Origin: a bacterium | GTDB lineage: Bacteria; UBA10199; JACPAL01; GCA-016699445 | Length of the DNA: 64,000 bases | Assembly: GCA_036274695.1 (NCBI GenBank) | Contig: DASUFF010000173.1 | Coordinates: forward strand, 105-64,104 | Reading direction: 5' to 3' | Shown: in pieces, positions 30,633 to 40,553 of the stretch | Position numbering within the stretch: position 1 is the first letter of the stretch | How the letters are laid out: every line of letters starts with the position of its first letter | Translations under genes and position numbers: made by a program | Notes under the pieces: model-generated | What the model was told of the DNA's origin: nothing | The model's database searches: none | The model's input: the letters and a program-made list of their open reading frames with translations, nothing else

Positions 30633-30671
30633 TTCTAGAAAGTACTTTTCACAATGACTAGATAAGGGGCC

Positions 30672-33600
30672 GTGCAACCCCCTAAGTTCGTCCACCTCCA
30701 TCTCCACACCCAGTACTCCCTTTTGGACGGCGCCATCACCATCGACGCCCTCGTGGCCAAGTGCAAGGCGCTGGGCATGCCGGCGGTCGCCATCACCGAC
30801 CATGGCAACCTCTTCGGGGGCATCGAATTCTACCAGGCGGCGACGAAGAAGGGGATCAAGCCGATCTTGGGCTGCGAGATCTACATCCAATCCGACGGCA
30901 GCCGCTTCGAGAAGAAGATCCGGCCGGGGAGGGAACCGTATCACCACCTGACCTTGCTCGCCCAGGACCTCGAGGGCTACCGGAACCTCTGCAAGATCAT
31001 CACCTCGGGATACCTCGAGGGTTTTTATTACAAACCTCGCACGGACAAGGAATTCTTAAAGGAACACTCGAAAGGCATCATCGCCCTCTCGGGCTGTCTT
31101 TCCGGGGAAATGGCGGAAGCGGCCATGAGCGGCGGCGTGGCCGGAGCCCGCCGGGTGGCGGAGGACTTCCGGGCCATGTTCGACGACCGTTTCTACCTGG
31201 AGGTGCAGGGGAGCAGCCTGCCGGAGCAGAAGCGGCTGAACAACGTGCTCTTCGAGCTCTCGAAGGAGCTGTCAATCCCGGCCGTCGCCACCAACGACTG
31301 CCATTATCTGAACAAGGAAGACGCCCCGATGCACGAGGCCCTCCTGTGCATCCAGACGGGCAAGACCCTCCAGGACGAGGACCGCATGCGGTTCTCCACC
31401 GACGAGTTCTACATGCACACGGCGGAGGAAATGGCCGCGCTGTTTCCGGAACGATTGGACGTCGTGGAGGCCTCGGCGGGCATCGCCGAACGCTGCGACC
31501 TCCATCTCGACTTCAAGACCTACTATTTTCCCAAATTCGAACCGCCCGCCGAGAAGACGCTCGACCAGCACCTGGAAGAAGAGACCTGGAAGGGTTTCGA
31601 GGAACGCTGGGCCTTCATCAAGACGGTCCTGAAGGACGAAAACCCGGACGAAGTCCGGAACAAGTACGTCGACCGTCTCAAAGGCGAGCTGGAGATGATC
31701 CGCAAGATGGGCTTCTCCGGCTATTTCCTTATCGTCGCGGACTTCATCAATTACGCCAAGAAACACGACATCCCCGTCGGTCCGGGCCGCGGTTCGGCCG
31801 CGGGCAGCCTGGTGGCCTTTTGCCTGGCCATCACCGACATCGACCCAATCCCTTACAACCTGCTCTTCGAGAGGTTCTTGAACCCCGAACGCGTTTCCAT
31901 GCCCGACATGGACATCGATTTTTGCATGAACCAGCGCGAGAAGGTGATCGCGTACGTGCAACAAAAGTACGGGAACGTCAGCCAGATCATCACCTTCGGA
32001 AAGATGAAGGCCAAGGCCGTCATCCGCGACGTCGGCCGCGTGATGAACATGGCCTACAAGGACGTCGATAAAATCGCCAAGCTCGTCCCCAACACGCTGA
32101 ACATCACCCTGGAAGACGCCCTGAAGGCCGAGCCCCAGCTCCGCGACCTGGAATCCAAAGACTCACAGGTCAAACAGTTGCTCAAGATCGGCCGCGCCCT
32201 GGAGGGCTTGACCCGCCACGCCTCCACCCACGCCGCCGGCATCGTCATGTCCGACCAGCCGCTGGTCAACTTCATGCCTCTGTATAAGGGCAACAACGAC
32301 GAAATCGTGGCCCAATACGACATGAAGGCGATCGAGAAGATAGGCCTGATCAAGTTCGACTTCCTGGGCTTAAAGACCCTCACCGTCATCGACGACACGG
32401 TGAAGACGATTCAGAAGACGCGGGGGATTAGGATCAAGATCAACGAAATCCCGTTGGACGACGCCCAGGTTTATAAAGATCTCTCCACAGGAGACACCAC
32501 CGGCATCTTCCAGCTCGAAAGTTCGGGGATGCGGGAGCTCATCATCAAGATGAAGCCGTCCGTGTTCCCCGACCTGATCGCCTTGGTCGCCCTCTACCGC
32601 CCGGGCCCGCTGGGCAGCGGCATGGTCGACGAGTTCATCAACCGCAAGCACGGCAAGGTGCCGGTGAAGTACGAGCTGCCCGTATTGGAAAACATCCTTC
32701 GGGAGACCTACGGCATCATCGTCTATCAGGAGCAGGTTATGCAGATCGCCTCGGCGATGGCGGGCTTCTCGCTCGGCGACGCCGACATCCTTCGCCGCGC
32801 CATGGGCAAGAAGAAGGCCGAGGAAATGTTGGAGCAGAGGGGCAAGTTCCTCGAGGGCTGCGAGAAGAACAAGATCAATCCGAAAAAATCCGAGAAGATC
32901 TTCGACTTGATGGCGAAGTTCGCCGAATACGGTTTCAACAAATCGCATTCGGCGGCCTATGCCTTCGTCTCGTACCAGACGGCTTACTTGAAGACTCATT
33001 ATCCGACGGAATACACGGCGGCCCTCCTGACCCACGACATGGGCAATACGGACAAGGTCCTCCAGTTCATCCAGGACGCCCGGGAGCACGACATCAAGAT
33101 CCTGCCGCCGGACATCAACGAGAGCTCCGCCGTCTTTACCGTCGTGGGCGACAGCACCGGCGAGCGGCAAATTCGCTTCGGCCTGGCGGCCGTCAAGAAC
33201 GTGGGCGAGGCGGCCATCGAGTCCGTCATCGAGTCCCGCGTCCGCGTGGGCGGCTTCAAGACCTTCAGCCAGTTCTGCGGAGAAATCGACGGGCGCAAGG
33301 TGAACCGGCGCGTGGTAGAGAGCTTGGTCAAGTGCGGCGCCTTCGACTCCTTGGGGGTCGAGAGGGCCCGGATCTTCGCCGCCATCGAAACCGAGATGGA
33401 GACGGCGGCACGCCAGCAAAAGTCCAAGGCGACCGGCCAATCGGGCCTCTTCGACGCGGCAGCGGGCGACGGACCGGCCAAAGACGTTCTCCCTCAGATT
33501 CCGGAGTGGCCCCAGAAGGAAAAGCTCTCTTTCGAAAAGGAATCTCTGGGCTTTTACATCACCGGCCACCCCTTGGCCGACGTGGCCTCGGAGCTGAAGC

Positions 33601-34217
33601 AAAGGACCAGCTTGGACACCGAGGCGATCCGGAATTTCACGGAAGAGGACTCGGAAAAGAACATCGCCTTCGGCGGCATCGTGTCTTCGCTGCGCGAGAC
33701 GGTCACGAAGAAGGGCAACAAGATGGGCTTCGTGACGCTCGAAGATTTGAAGGGGACGATCCCGGTCATCGTTTTTTCCGATCTGTACGCCCGTACGGCC
33801 GGACTGCTCCAGACCGAGGAGCCTCTCTTCGTCCGCGGCACCGTGGACGTGGAAGAGGAGAGCGTCAAGATCATCGCTCGGGAGATCGTCAGACTTAAGG
33901 ACCTCATGGCCGTGAACCCGGCCTCCTACGGGTCGGCTCCCTACAACGCCCCTCAAAGCCCAGGAAAAGGTTCGGGAAACGGCCGGAAGGAAGTCCACTT
34001 CCACCTGCCGGAGGGCCTGACGCGCGACCAGCTCCAGACCTTGAAGACGCTTTTGGCACGCCATTTGGGCGAATCCCCCGCATTCATCCACTTGAAGGAC
34101 GCCCAGAAGGGTGAGACTATCTTGGTGTTGCCGGAGGGGATGAAGGTCAACCCCTCCCACGACATGATGCGGGAGGTCGATCAACTCTTTGGGTCACCGG
34201 TCACCATACTCCACTGA
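30672..34217 (+). CDS. dnaE: DNA polymerase III alpha subunit
   Basis: PHP domain (FVHLHLHTQYSLLDG), polymerase core, OB-fold. 1181 aa. Confidence 0.95.
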   Translation: MQPPKFVHLHLHTQYSLLDGAITIDALVAKCKALGMPAVAITDHGNLFGGIEFYQAATKKGIKPILGCEIYIQSDGSRFEKKIRPGREPYHHLTLLAQDLEGYRNLCKIITSGYLEGFYYKPRTDKEFLKEHSKGIIALSGCLSGEMAEAAMSGGVAGARRVAEDFRAMFDDRFYLEVQGSSLPEQKRLNNVLFELSKELSIPAVATNDCHYLNKEDAPMHEALLCIQTGKTLQDEDRMRFSTDEFYMHTAEEMAALFPERLDVVEASAGIAERCDLHLDFKTYYFPKFEPPAEKTLDQHLEEETWKGFEERWAFIKTVLKDENPDEVRNKYVDRLKGELEMIRKMGFSGYFLIVADFINYAKKHDIPVGPGRGSAAGSLVAFCLAITDIDPIPYNLLFERFLNPERVSMPDMDIDFCMNQREKVIAYVQQKYGNVSQIITFGKMKAKAVIRDVGRVMNMAYKDVDKIAKLVPNTLNITLEDALKAEPQLRDLESKDSQVKQLLKIGRALEGLTRHASTHAAGIVMSDQPLVNFMPLYKGNNDEIVAQYDMKAIEKIGLIKFDFLGLKTLTVIDDTVKTIQKTRGIRIKINEIPLDDAQVYKDLSTGDTTGIFQLESSGMRELIIKMKPSVFPDLIALVALYRPGPLGSGMVDEFINRKHGKVPVKYELPVLENILRETYGIIVYQEQVMQIASAMAGFSLGDADILRRAMGKKKAEEMLEQRGKFLEGCEKNKINPKKSEKIFDLMAKFAEYGFNKSHSAAYAFVSYQTAYLKTHYPTEYTAALLTHDMGNTDKVLQFIQDAREHDIKILPPDINESSAVFTVVGDSTGERQIRFGLAAVKNVGEAAIESVIESRVRVGGFKTFSQFCGEIDGRKVNRRVVESLVKCGAFDSLGVERARIFAAIETEMETAARQQKSKATGQSGLFDAAAGDGPAKDVLPQIPEWPQKEKLSFEKESLGFYITGHPLADVASELKQRTSLDTEAIRNFTEEDSEKNIAFGGIVSSLRETVTKKGNKMGFVTLEDLKGTIPVIVFSDLYARTAGLLQTEEPLFVRGTVDVEEESVKIIAREIVRLKDLMAVNPASYGSAPYNAPQSPGKGSGNGRKEVHFHLPEGLTRDQLQTLKTLLARHLGESPAFIHLKDAQKGETILVLPEGMKVNPSHDMMREVDQLFGSPVTILH

Positions 34218-35454
34218 CGGGCACGAAAAGGCCCTTCTCGTCGGCGTCTATTCCTCGAAACGCGAACGCCATCGCCAGGAAACCTCGCTTGCGGAACTCA
34301 CGCGATTGACCCAGACCGCGGGCGCCGAGATCTTAGGCTCCGAGCTTCACGAGCTGAAGGGCGTGCATGCCGCCACCTACGTGGGCCAGGGCAAGGCCGA
34401 GGCCTTGGGCCGTTCGGCGGAAGGCTTGGGCGCGGGCACCGTCATCTTCGACGAAGATCTGAGCCCCACCCAGAACCGAAATTTGGAAACGATCTCCAAA
34501 CGCAAGGTGATCGACCGCACCGGCTTGATCCTCGATATCTTCGCCAAGCGCGCCCGCACCCGCGAGGGCAAGCTCCAAGTCGAGCTCGCGCAACTCCGTT
34601 ACCTCCTGCCGCGGCTGACCGGCCGCGGGACCGAATTTTCCCAATTGGCCGGCGGCATCGGGACGCGGGGCCCCGGCGAAACGCGCCTGGAGATGGATCG
34701 CCGGAAGGCGAAGGTGAGGATCAGCTTAGTCAGCCGGGAACTGAAGCGCGTGCAGGCGCATCGCGAGCTCCATCGGACCCGGCGCAGCGAGATTCCGATC
34801 CCGACGGTGGCTCTGGTCGGCTACACCAATGCCGGCAAATCGACGCTGATGAACCGCTTAACCGACGCCTCCGTCCTCGTGGAGGACAGGCTCTTCGCCA
34901 CGCTCGATCCGACCGTCCGGCGCCTGAAGCTTCCCTCGGGCCGCGAGATCCTGCTCTCCGACACCGTCGGCTTCGTCCACAAGCTGCCTCACCAATTGGT
35001 CGAAGCCTTCCGAGCCACGTTCGAAGAGGTCGCCGCCGCCGATCTGCTCATTCACCTGATCGACAGCTCCGATCCCGAAGTTCTGCACCAGATGGAGACC
35101 GTCGACCGCGTGTTGGAGGAATTGGGCCTGCACAGGAAGCCTCAGATCCGCGTGTTCAACAAGGTGGACGCGGCGCGGACGGGGGAGGGGCCGGTCTCGC
35201 CGCACGCCGACGGTTTGCAGATCTCGGCGTTGACAGGGGAAGGCACCGAAAATTTGCTGATGACCTTGGAGGACAAGCTCTCCGAGTCCTTCCGCTTCGT
35301 CTCCTTGACCCTCCCTTACGAAAAAGGCGCCGAGCTTTCGGTTTTATACCGCACCAGCCGGATCTTGAATCGGGAAGACCGCGCCGACGGTGTTCATCTC
35401 GAGGCGGTCGTGGACGAGAAGCACTACAACAAATTCAAGGCTTACCAGTCCTAG
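34189..35454 (+). CDS. hflX: GTPase HflX
   Basis: HflX N-domain, then G-domain GYTNAGKSTL, DTVGF, NKVD. Start uncertain (overlaps dnaE by 29 nt). Confidence 0.85.
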   Translation: MGHRSPYSTDGHEKALLVGVYSSKRERHRQETSLAELTRLTQTAGAEILGSELHELKGVHAATYVGQGKAEALGRSAEGLGAGTVIFDEDLSPTQNRNLETISKRKVIDRTGLILDIFAKRARTREGKLQVELAQLRYLLPRLTGRGTEFSQLAGGIGTRGPGETRLEMDRRKAKVRISLVSRELKRVQAHRELHRTRRSEIPIPTVALVGYTNAGKSTLMNRLTDASVLVEDRLFATLDPTVRRLKLPSGREILLSDTVGFVHKLPHQLVEAFRATFEEVAAADLLIHLIDSSDPEVLHQMETVDRVLEELGLHRKPQIRVFNKVDAARTGEGPVSPHADGLQISALTGEGTENLLMTLEDKLSESFRFVSLTLPYEKGAELSVLYRTSRILNREDRADGVHLEAVVDEKHYNKFKAYQS

Positions 35455-35466
35455 ATCCGATATGTT

Positions 35467-36069
35467 ATGCCGCAAAGTGTGACGGCGGGTCTCTTCACCA
35501 TCCCCAACCTCCTGACGTTCTTCCGCATGGGAGCTTCGCTCGTGCTGCTCTATTTGGGGTTCATGGGCCGGTGGGATCTGGCCTTCCCCGTCTTTTTGGC
35601 CGCGGCGGGGACGGACTTGGTGGACGGGACCATCGCCCGGCTGCTGCGGCAGAGGACGCGCCTGGGGGCCTTTCTGGATCCGGTGGCCGACAAGGCCCTC
35701 ATGTTCTCGAGCTTCCTAACCTTGACGATCGGAGGGTTCCTGCCATTGCCGGTGGCCCTCCTCGTGTTCGCCCGCGACTTGCTGATCTCCGTCGGCCTCT
35801 ACATCATCAAGAGAAGCGGGGTGAAGATCGTCTACAGCCCGACCTACCTGTCGAAGCTCACCACGCTCGTGCAGATCTTGACCGTCTTCGGCGCCTTCAT
35901 CCGCACGCAGGGCTATGCTCGCGCCGCGCAGCCTCCCTATGATACCCTTTGGACGTTCGCGCTGGGGCTGACCGCTCTGCTCACGGCGGTCACGAGCGTC
36001 CAGTACACCCGAATCGGATGGGAGATGCTCTCCAAGAGTCCCGCGCGTCCCGCACATGGCGCCGACTAA
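35467..36069 (+). CDS. pgsA: CDP-alcohol phosphatidyltransferase (PgsA-like)
   Basis: D(G)xxAR...G...D.xADK motif (DLVDGTIARLL...LDPVADKAL). Confidence 0.75.
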   Translation: MPQSVTAGLFTIPNLLTFFRMGASLVLLYLGFMGRWDLAFPVFLAAAGTDLVDGTIARLLRQRTRLGAFLDPVADKALMFSSFLTLTIGGFLPLPVALLVFARDLLISVGLYIIKRSGVKIVYSPTYLSKLTTLVQILTVFGAFIRTQGYARAAQPPYDTLWTFALGLTALLTAVTSVQYTRIGWEMLSKSPARPAHGAD

Positions 36070-37135
36070 AAAACTTAAACTCGTCGTCAGCGATTTCCAC
36101 GTGGGCCGGGGCAAGCACCTGCCCAACGGGAGCCTCAATTACCTCGAGGACTTCCATTACGACGCCGCCTTCATCGAGTTTTTGGAGCATCACACGGGTC
36201 CCGATTTCGCCGGGAGCGAGATCGAGTTGGTCTTCAACGGCGATTTCTTCAATCACCTCCACACCGATCCCGGAGATCCGTCGCCCGAGATCATCGACGA
36301 GGCCGCCGCCGTCCTCCGCACGACGCAGATCTTGGAGGGACATCCGGAGCTCTTCGCGAGCCTCCGGCGGTTCGGTGAGGACCCCAAAAAGTCGGTCACC
36401 TTCGTCCTGGGCAATCACGATCCGGGGCTGCTCTTCGGGGCCGTGCACCGCTTGCTGCAGGAAAGGCTGGGGCCGCGGACGAAGGTCGTCATCGGCCGCT
36501 ACCGCTTCGACGGCGTCCTGATCGAGCACGGCAACCAGTACTTCGCCGACAATGCCTACGACACCCGGGCCTATTTCCTGACGGAGAACCTGCCCACGCC
36601 GGTGGTGAACCTGCCGTGGGGCAGCTTTTTCGTGATCCACTACTTGAGCAAGGTGAAGAAGGAGAGACCGTACTTCGACAAGGTCTACCCGTTCAAACAG
36701 TACCTGCGCTGGGCGCTGATCCACGACACGTTCTTCGCGGTCAAATCCATCCTCCGCATCGCCTTTTACTTCGTGTGGCTCCGTTTCCGCCCGGACCCGC
36801 ACCGGCGATCCTCGTTCCTCAAGAGCCTCCAGATCCTGAAAGAAGTGCCGATCAGCCCCAAGCTGGATCGCGAGGCCAAAAAGATCCTGCTCTCGGAGCG
36901 GGATACGCGGGTCGTCGTCTTCGGCCACACGCACCACGCCGTCTTGAAGGAGTTCGCGCCCGGCAAGTTCTACGCGAACACGGGCCTGTGGAACGAGCAG
37001 ATCTCGCTGGAAATCTCGGACTTGGGCCGCATCGTGAGACTCACCTACGTCGCCCTCGAATACGATCCGCCGGGGCGGATCACCCCCCACTTGAGGGAAT
37101 GGAAGGGGAGTCATAAGATGATCCAGGAGCTCTAA
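36056..37135 (+). CDS. calcineurin-like metallophosphoesterase
   Basis: VVSDFHVG, NGDFFNHL, GNHD and GHTHH motifs. Confidence 0.65.
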   Translation: MAPTKKLKLVVSDFHVGRGKHLPNGSLNYLEDFHYDAAFIEFLEHHTGPDFAGSEIELVFNGDFFNHLHTDPGDPSPEIIDEAAAVLRTTQILEGHPELFASLRRFGEDPKKSVTFVLGNHDPGLLFGAVHRLLQERLGPRTKVVIGRYRFDGVLIEHGNQYFADNAYDTRAYFLTENLPTPVVNLPWGSFFVIHYLSKVKKERPYFDKVYPFKQYLRWALIHDTFFAVKSILRIAFYFVWLRFRPDPHRRSSFLKSLQILKEVPISPKLDREAKKILLSERDTRVVVFGHTHHAVLKEFAPGKFYANTGLWNEQISLEISDLGRIVRLTYVALEYDPPGRITPHLREWKGSHKMIQEL

Positions 37136-37136
37136 C

Positions 37137-37796
37137 GTGATCACCTGCTCGGATCTGGGGATCGTCCCCTATGAAGAAGCGCTGGCCTGGCAGAGGAAAC
37201 TCGCCGATCTAAGGCGCAAGGACCTCGTGGCCGACCAGCTCCTGCTGCTCGAGCACCCGCCCGTCTACACGATGGGCCGCCGGGACGCCGGCTCGGACCT
37301 CTTGATCGAGCCGGAAACCCTCAAATCCAGCGGCGTGAACGTGGTGAAGACGGACCGCGGCGGGCGCATGACCTACCACGGCCCCGGCCAACTGGTGGGC
37401 TACCTGATCTTCAAGCTCCACGACTCGGTTCCCGGATTCGTCTGGAAGATCGAGGAGTGCCTCTTAAGAACGCTGGCGAAGTTTCAATTGGACGCCGAAA
37501 GAGACCCGGCCCACCCCGGGCTCTGGGTCGGCCGCTCGAAGATCGCCGCCCTGGGGTTGCACATCGAAAAGGGGATCAGCACGCACGGATTCTCGCTCAA
37601 CGTCACCTGCGACCTGGCGCCGTTCGCGCACATCCACCCCTGCGGTATCAAGGACCGCGACGTCACCTCGCTCGAGCGCGAGATCGGCTGGTCGCCGTCC
37701 ATGCGCGAGGTCAAGCAATCGGTGCTGGAGGAGGTCGCCCGGGTCTTCGAATCGAACGTGTCGGTGGAAGGGATCTACTCGAACCAACCGGAATAA
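37137..37796 (+). CDS. lipB: octanoyltransferase (lipoyl(octanoyl) transferase)
   Basis: EHPPVYT and RGGRMTYHGPGQ motifs. Confidence 0.9.
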   Translation: MITCSDLGIVPYEEALAWQRKLADLRRKDLVADQLLLLEHPPVYTMGRRDAGSDLLIEPETLKSSGVNVVKTDRGGRMTYHGPGQLVGYLIFKLHDSVPGFVWKIEECLLRTLAKFQLDAERDPAHPGLWVGRSKIAALGLHIEKGISTHGFSLNVTCDLAPFAHIHPCGIKDRDVTSLEREIGWSPSMREVKQSVLEEVARVFESNVSVEGIYSNQPE

Positions 37797-37803
37797 TGGT
37801 GTC

Positions 37804-37824
37804 GGGGCGGGGTTACCCCGTCCC
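37804..37824. terminator. second copy of the GGGGCGGGG-TTA-CCCCG(T)CCC hairpin, between convergent lipB and a small ORF
   Basis: Same 21-nt core as 18109-18129 with one G:U wobble. Confidence 0.5.
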
Positions 37825-38006
37825 TACTCGGAGACAGCCTCTTTGAAGACGAGGAGGTCGTCCGAGACCTCTTTCTCGTCGGGCGCGTTCTTCAGAATTC
37901 TCTGGAATTCCTGCTGCGAGATGTCGTGACGGCGCAGCTTCTGGTCGATGATGCGCTTGTCGTTGTCGATGAAGTCGAAACGGGTGATGACTTCCTTCTT
38001 TTCCAT
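37824..38006 (-). CDS. small hypothetical protein (60 aa) co-transcribed with the DAC gene
   Basis: Strong SD GAGGAG, 5-nt spacer, ATG. Charged, helical composition. Confidence 0.45.
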   Translation of the reverse strand: MEKKEVITRFDFIDNDKRIIDQKLRRHDISQQEFQRILKNAPDEKEVSDDLLVFKEAVSE

Positions 38007-38026
38007 AACTTCTCCTCGGTTCTGCC

Positions 38027-38926
38027 TTAGTGAGGCTGCGGGACCTTAATGGGCTTTTCGATCTCCATCAAGACCTTTCCGCTCTTGAAGATGCGGACGT
38101 CCCCGGTGGATTCGGAGATGACGATGGCGATGGCTTGGCTCATGGAGGTGATGCCGGCGGCCGCGATGTGGCGGGAACCGAGTCCCCGGGGGATGGTGTC
38201 TTCGTCCCCGGCGGCGCCCAGGTAGCGGCCGGCCGTCAGCACCAGGCCGTCTCGGCCGATCACGAAGGCCCCGTCTAGGGCGGAGAACTCCCGGATGGTC
38301 TCCTTCAGGGCGGGATTCAGGATGTTCCGCTCGTCGTCGTTGTAACCCTTGAAGGGGTTGATGATCATCTGCTTGGAGAGCTGGAGGACCTTTTCCTCGT
38401 CGCCGATCACGAAGATGGTGCCCACCGGCTTGCCCTCGCGCCCCCGGCTGGCGAGCTCCAGGGCGATGGAGAGGGTGATCTGGAAGACCTCCGGCTGGAC
38501 GCTCTCGGCGATGCCTTCCAAACCCTGCGTGGCCAAGATCTCGGATTCTTTGGCCGTGTCGATGAAGAGGATGGCGTCCAAGGTGTTCAAATCCGGATGG
38601 CCGGCGACGAAGACGATCTTGTCTCCGAGCTCGATCAGGCGGTTCGAGATACCCAAAACGACGGCCATCTTCATCAGGCCGATGCGCGTCATGTCGATCT
38701 TGGGCAGGATGATCAAAGGTTTTGAGGAAGGGACCCCGTTGGAGAAGGAACCTTCCAGATCCTCCCGGCTCTTGCGCGTGACGAAGATCATCTCGCAGCC
38801 CTTGGGAGGGGACGAGTTCTCCGGCAACTCCCCCAACGGATCGAGCAAGATCAAGATCGCCTTGGCCTTGCAGGACTTCGCGATGCGGAAGGCGGCCTGG
38901 AGCAGGGCTTGATTGGTTCGTTTCAT
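38027..38926 (-). CDS. diadenylate cyclase (DAC/DisA_N domain) with non-membrane N-terminal domain (DacZ-like architecture)
   Basis: LDGAFVIGRDG and GSRHIAAAGITS...VISESTGDVRIF match the DGA and RHR c-di-AMP synthase motifs. Confidence 0.7.
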   Translation of the reverse strand: MKRTNQALLQAAFRIAKSCKAKAILILLDPLGELPENSSPPKGCEMIFVTRKSREDLEGSFSNGVPSSKPLIILPKIDMTRIGLMKMAVVLGISNRLIELGDKIVFVAGHPDLNTLDAILFIDTAKESEILATQGLEGIAESVQPEVFQITLSIALELASRGREGKPVGTIFVIGDEEKVLQLSKQMIINPFKGYNDDERNILNPALKETIREFSALDGAFVIGRDGLVLTAGRYLGAAGDEDTIPRGLGSRHIAAAGITSMSQAIAIVISESTGDVRIFKSGKVLMEIEKPIKVPQPH

Positions 38927-38978
38927 GCGCGAGACTTCTCTTTTAGCAGTTTTGCCAATATGATAGCAACATTCCCCA

Positions 38979-40553
38979 ATGAATTTACTGGCAAAAATCG
39001 CATTTTTCTTCTTCGTGCCGGGCGTCCTCTTCGCCCAGGTCCCCGATCCGTTTCAGTACACCGTCGATCAATCGGCCCGAACGGTCTTCCGCGGCGGCGA
39101 GACGCCCGTCGAGATCACCTTTCTGATCCCGCCGAGCCACTACCTTTATAAGGACAAGATGGCGCTCACGGTCCTGGAGGGCGAGGGCTATGAGCTGGGG
39201 CCGATCGTCTTATCGCCGGCGGCTGTGACGAAGGATCCTTTTACCGGGGCGGACGAGCAGGTCTATTTCGAGACGGCCGTCTTGAACACCCACCTTCGGC
39301 CCAAGGCGGGGGCGCCGGAGGGCGAAACGACGGTCAAACTACAGCTCGAGTACCAAGGCTGCTCGGACAAGCTGTGTTTCCGTTTGACCCGCAAGGAAAT
39401 CGCCATCCCGGTGACGCTCGGCCGCATGCCGTCTTCCGGCCCGTCGGAGCCTTTGTTTCAGGATCCGTTGACGCTCCTGAAGAAGAAGGGGCTGCTGGTC
39501 GCCTTGCTGATCACCTTCCTCGGCGGCTTGGGCAGCGCCTTCACGCCGTGCGTCCTGCCGATCATCCCGATCACGCTCGCCTTCATCGGCGTGCGGAAAC
39601 AGGGGACGACGATCGCCCATAATTTCATCCTGTCGCTCTTCTTGGTCCTCTCCATGTCGCTGACCTACGCGGCGATGGGGCTCGCCGCCTCGCTGGTGGG
39701 GAAGAGCCTGGGCTTCCTGTTCCAGAACCCGTATTTCCTGTCCTTCGGCGTCCTGCTCTACGCCGCCATGTCGCTGTCGCTGTTCGGCCTGTTCGAAATC
39801 CAGGCGCCCTTGGGGATGAGGAATTTTCTGGCCAAGTTGGGCGGATCCGGCGTGGTGGGGTCGATTCTCTCGGGGTTCACCGTCGGTTTCCTCGCCGCGC
39901 CCTGCGTGGGGCCGGTGATCGCCTCGCTGCTCCTCTACGTCGCCAAGGAGAGGGACGCCGCGCACGGTTTCCTGCTCCTCTTCGCCTACGGCTTCGGGAT
40001 GGGCAGCCTCTTCCTCGTGGTCGGCACCTTCTACCATCGGCTGGCGTCGAAGGTTCACGGCGGGCCGTTCACCGTTTGGATCAAGCGGGTCTTCGCGGTG
40101 CTCCTGCTCGTTCCGGCCTTCTACTACGGCTCCATCGTCTACGCCCAATTCACCGGCAAGGCGGTGGTGGGGCCGGTCGCCCACAACGCCTTCTGGGTCC
40201 GCTCCGTCGCGGAGGGCTTCCAAAGCGCCCAAACGCAGACGAAGCCCGTCTTTTTGGATTTTTTCGCGTCTTGGTGCCTCCCGTGCGTGGAGATGGAAAA
40301 CGGGACGTTCTCCGACAAGAATCTTCAAAAATATCTGACCGAGCACTTCGTGCCGATCAAGGTGGACTGCACGGACGAGACGCCCGACTGCAAGGCGATG
40401 ACCGAAAAATACGGTGTCGTGGGCTGGCCGACCTTCCTGGTCCTCTCCCCGGACGGAAAAGTCCTGCAGTCCTTCATCGGACAGAAGCTGTCGGCCTCCG
40501 AGCTGAAGGCCCGTCTCGACGTGCTGGTGGCCTCTCCCGCCGAAACGCAATAG
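38979..40553 (+). CDS. dsbD: thiol:disulfide interchange protein DsbD-like (N-terminal domain + CcdA-like TM core + thioredoxin domain)
   Basis: Signal peptide, polytopic transmembrane core with paired Cys, C-terminal FFASWCLPC thioredoxin motif. Confidence 0.8.
   Translation: MNLLAKIAFFFFVPGVLFAQVPDPFQYTVDQSARTVFRGGETPVEITFLIPPSHYLYKDKMALTVLEGEGYELGPIVLSPAAVTKDPFTGADEQVYFETAVLNTHLRPKAGAPEGETTVKLQLEYQGCSDKLCFRLTRKEIAIPVTLGRMPSSGPSEPLFQDPLTLLKKKGLLVALLITFLGGLGSAFTPCVLPIIPITLAFIGVRKQGTTIAHNFILSLFLVLSMSLTYAAMGLAASLVGKSLGFLFQNPYFLSFGVLLYAAMSLSLFGLFEIQAPLGMRNFLAKLGGSGVVGSILSGFTVGFLAAPCVGPVIASLLLYVAKERDAAHGFLLLFAYGFGMGSLFLVVGTFYHRLASKVHGGPFTVWIKRVFAVLLLVPAFYYGSIVYAQFTGKAVVGPVAHNAFWVRSVAEGFQSAQTQTKPVFLDFFASWCLPCVEMENGTFSDKNLQKYLTEHFVPIKVDCTDETPDCKAMTEKYGVVGWPTFLVLSPDGKVLQSFIGQKLSASELKARLDVLVASPAETQ

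Noticed and set aside
30761-32071. 436-aa Arg/Gly/Pro-rich ORF on the + strand
   Set aside because: Lies in an alternative frame entirely inside dnaE. Typical high-GC frame-shadow ORF with no RBS.
32370-34184. 604-aa minus-strand ORF
   Set aside because: Antisense to dnaE.
39339-40550. 403-aa minus-strand ORF
   Set aside because: Antisense to dsbD. Composition biased toward R/G/E/H. dsbD has a coherent domain structure.
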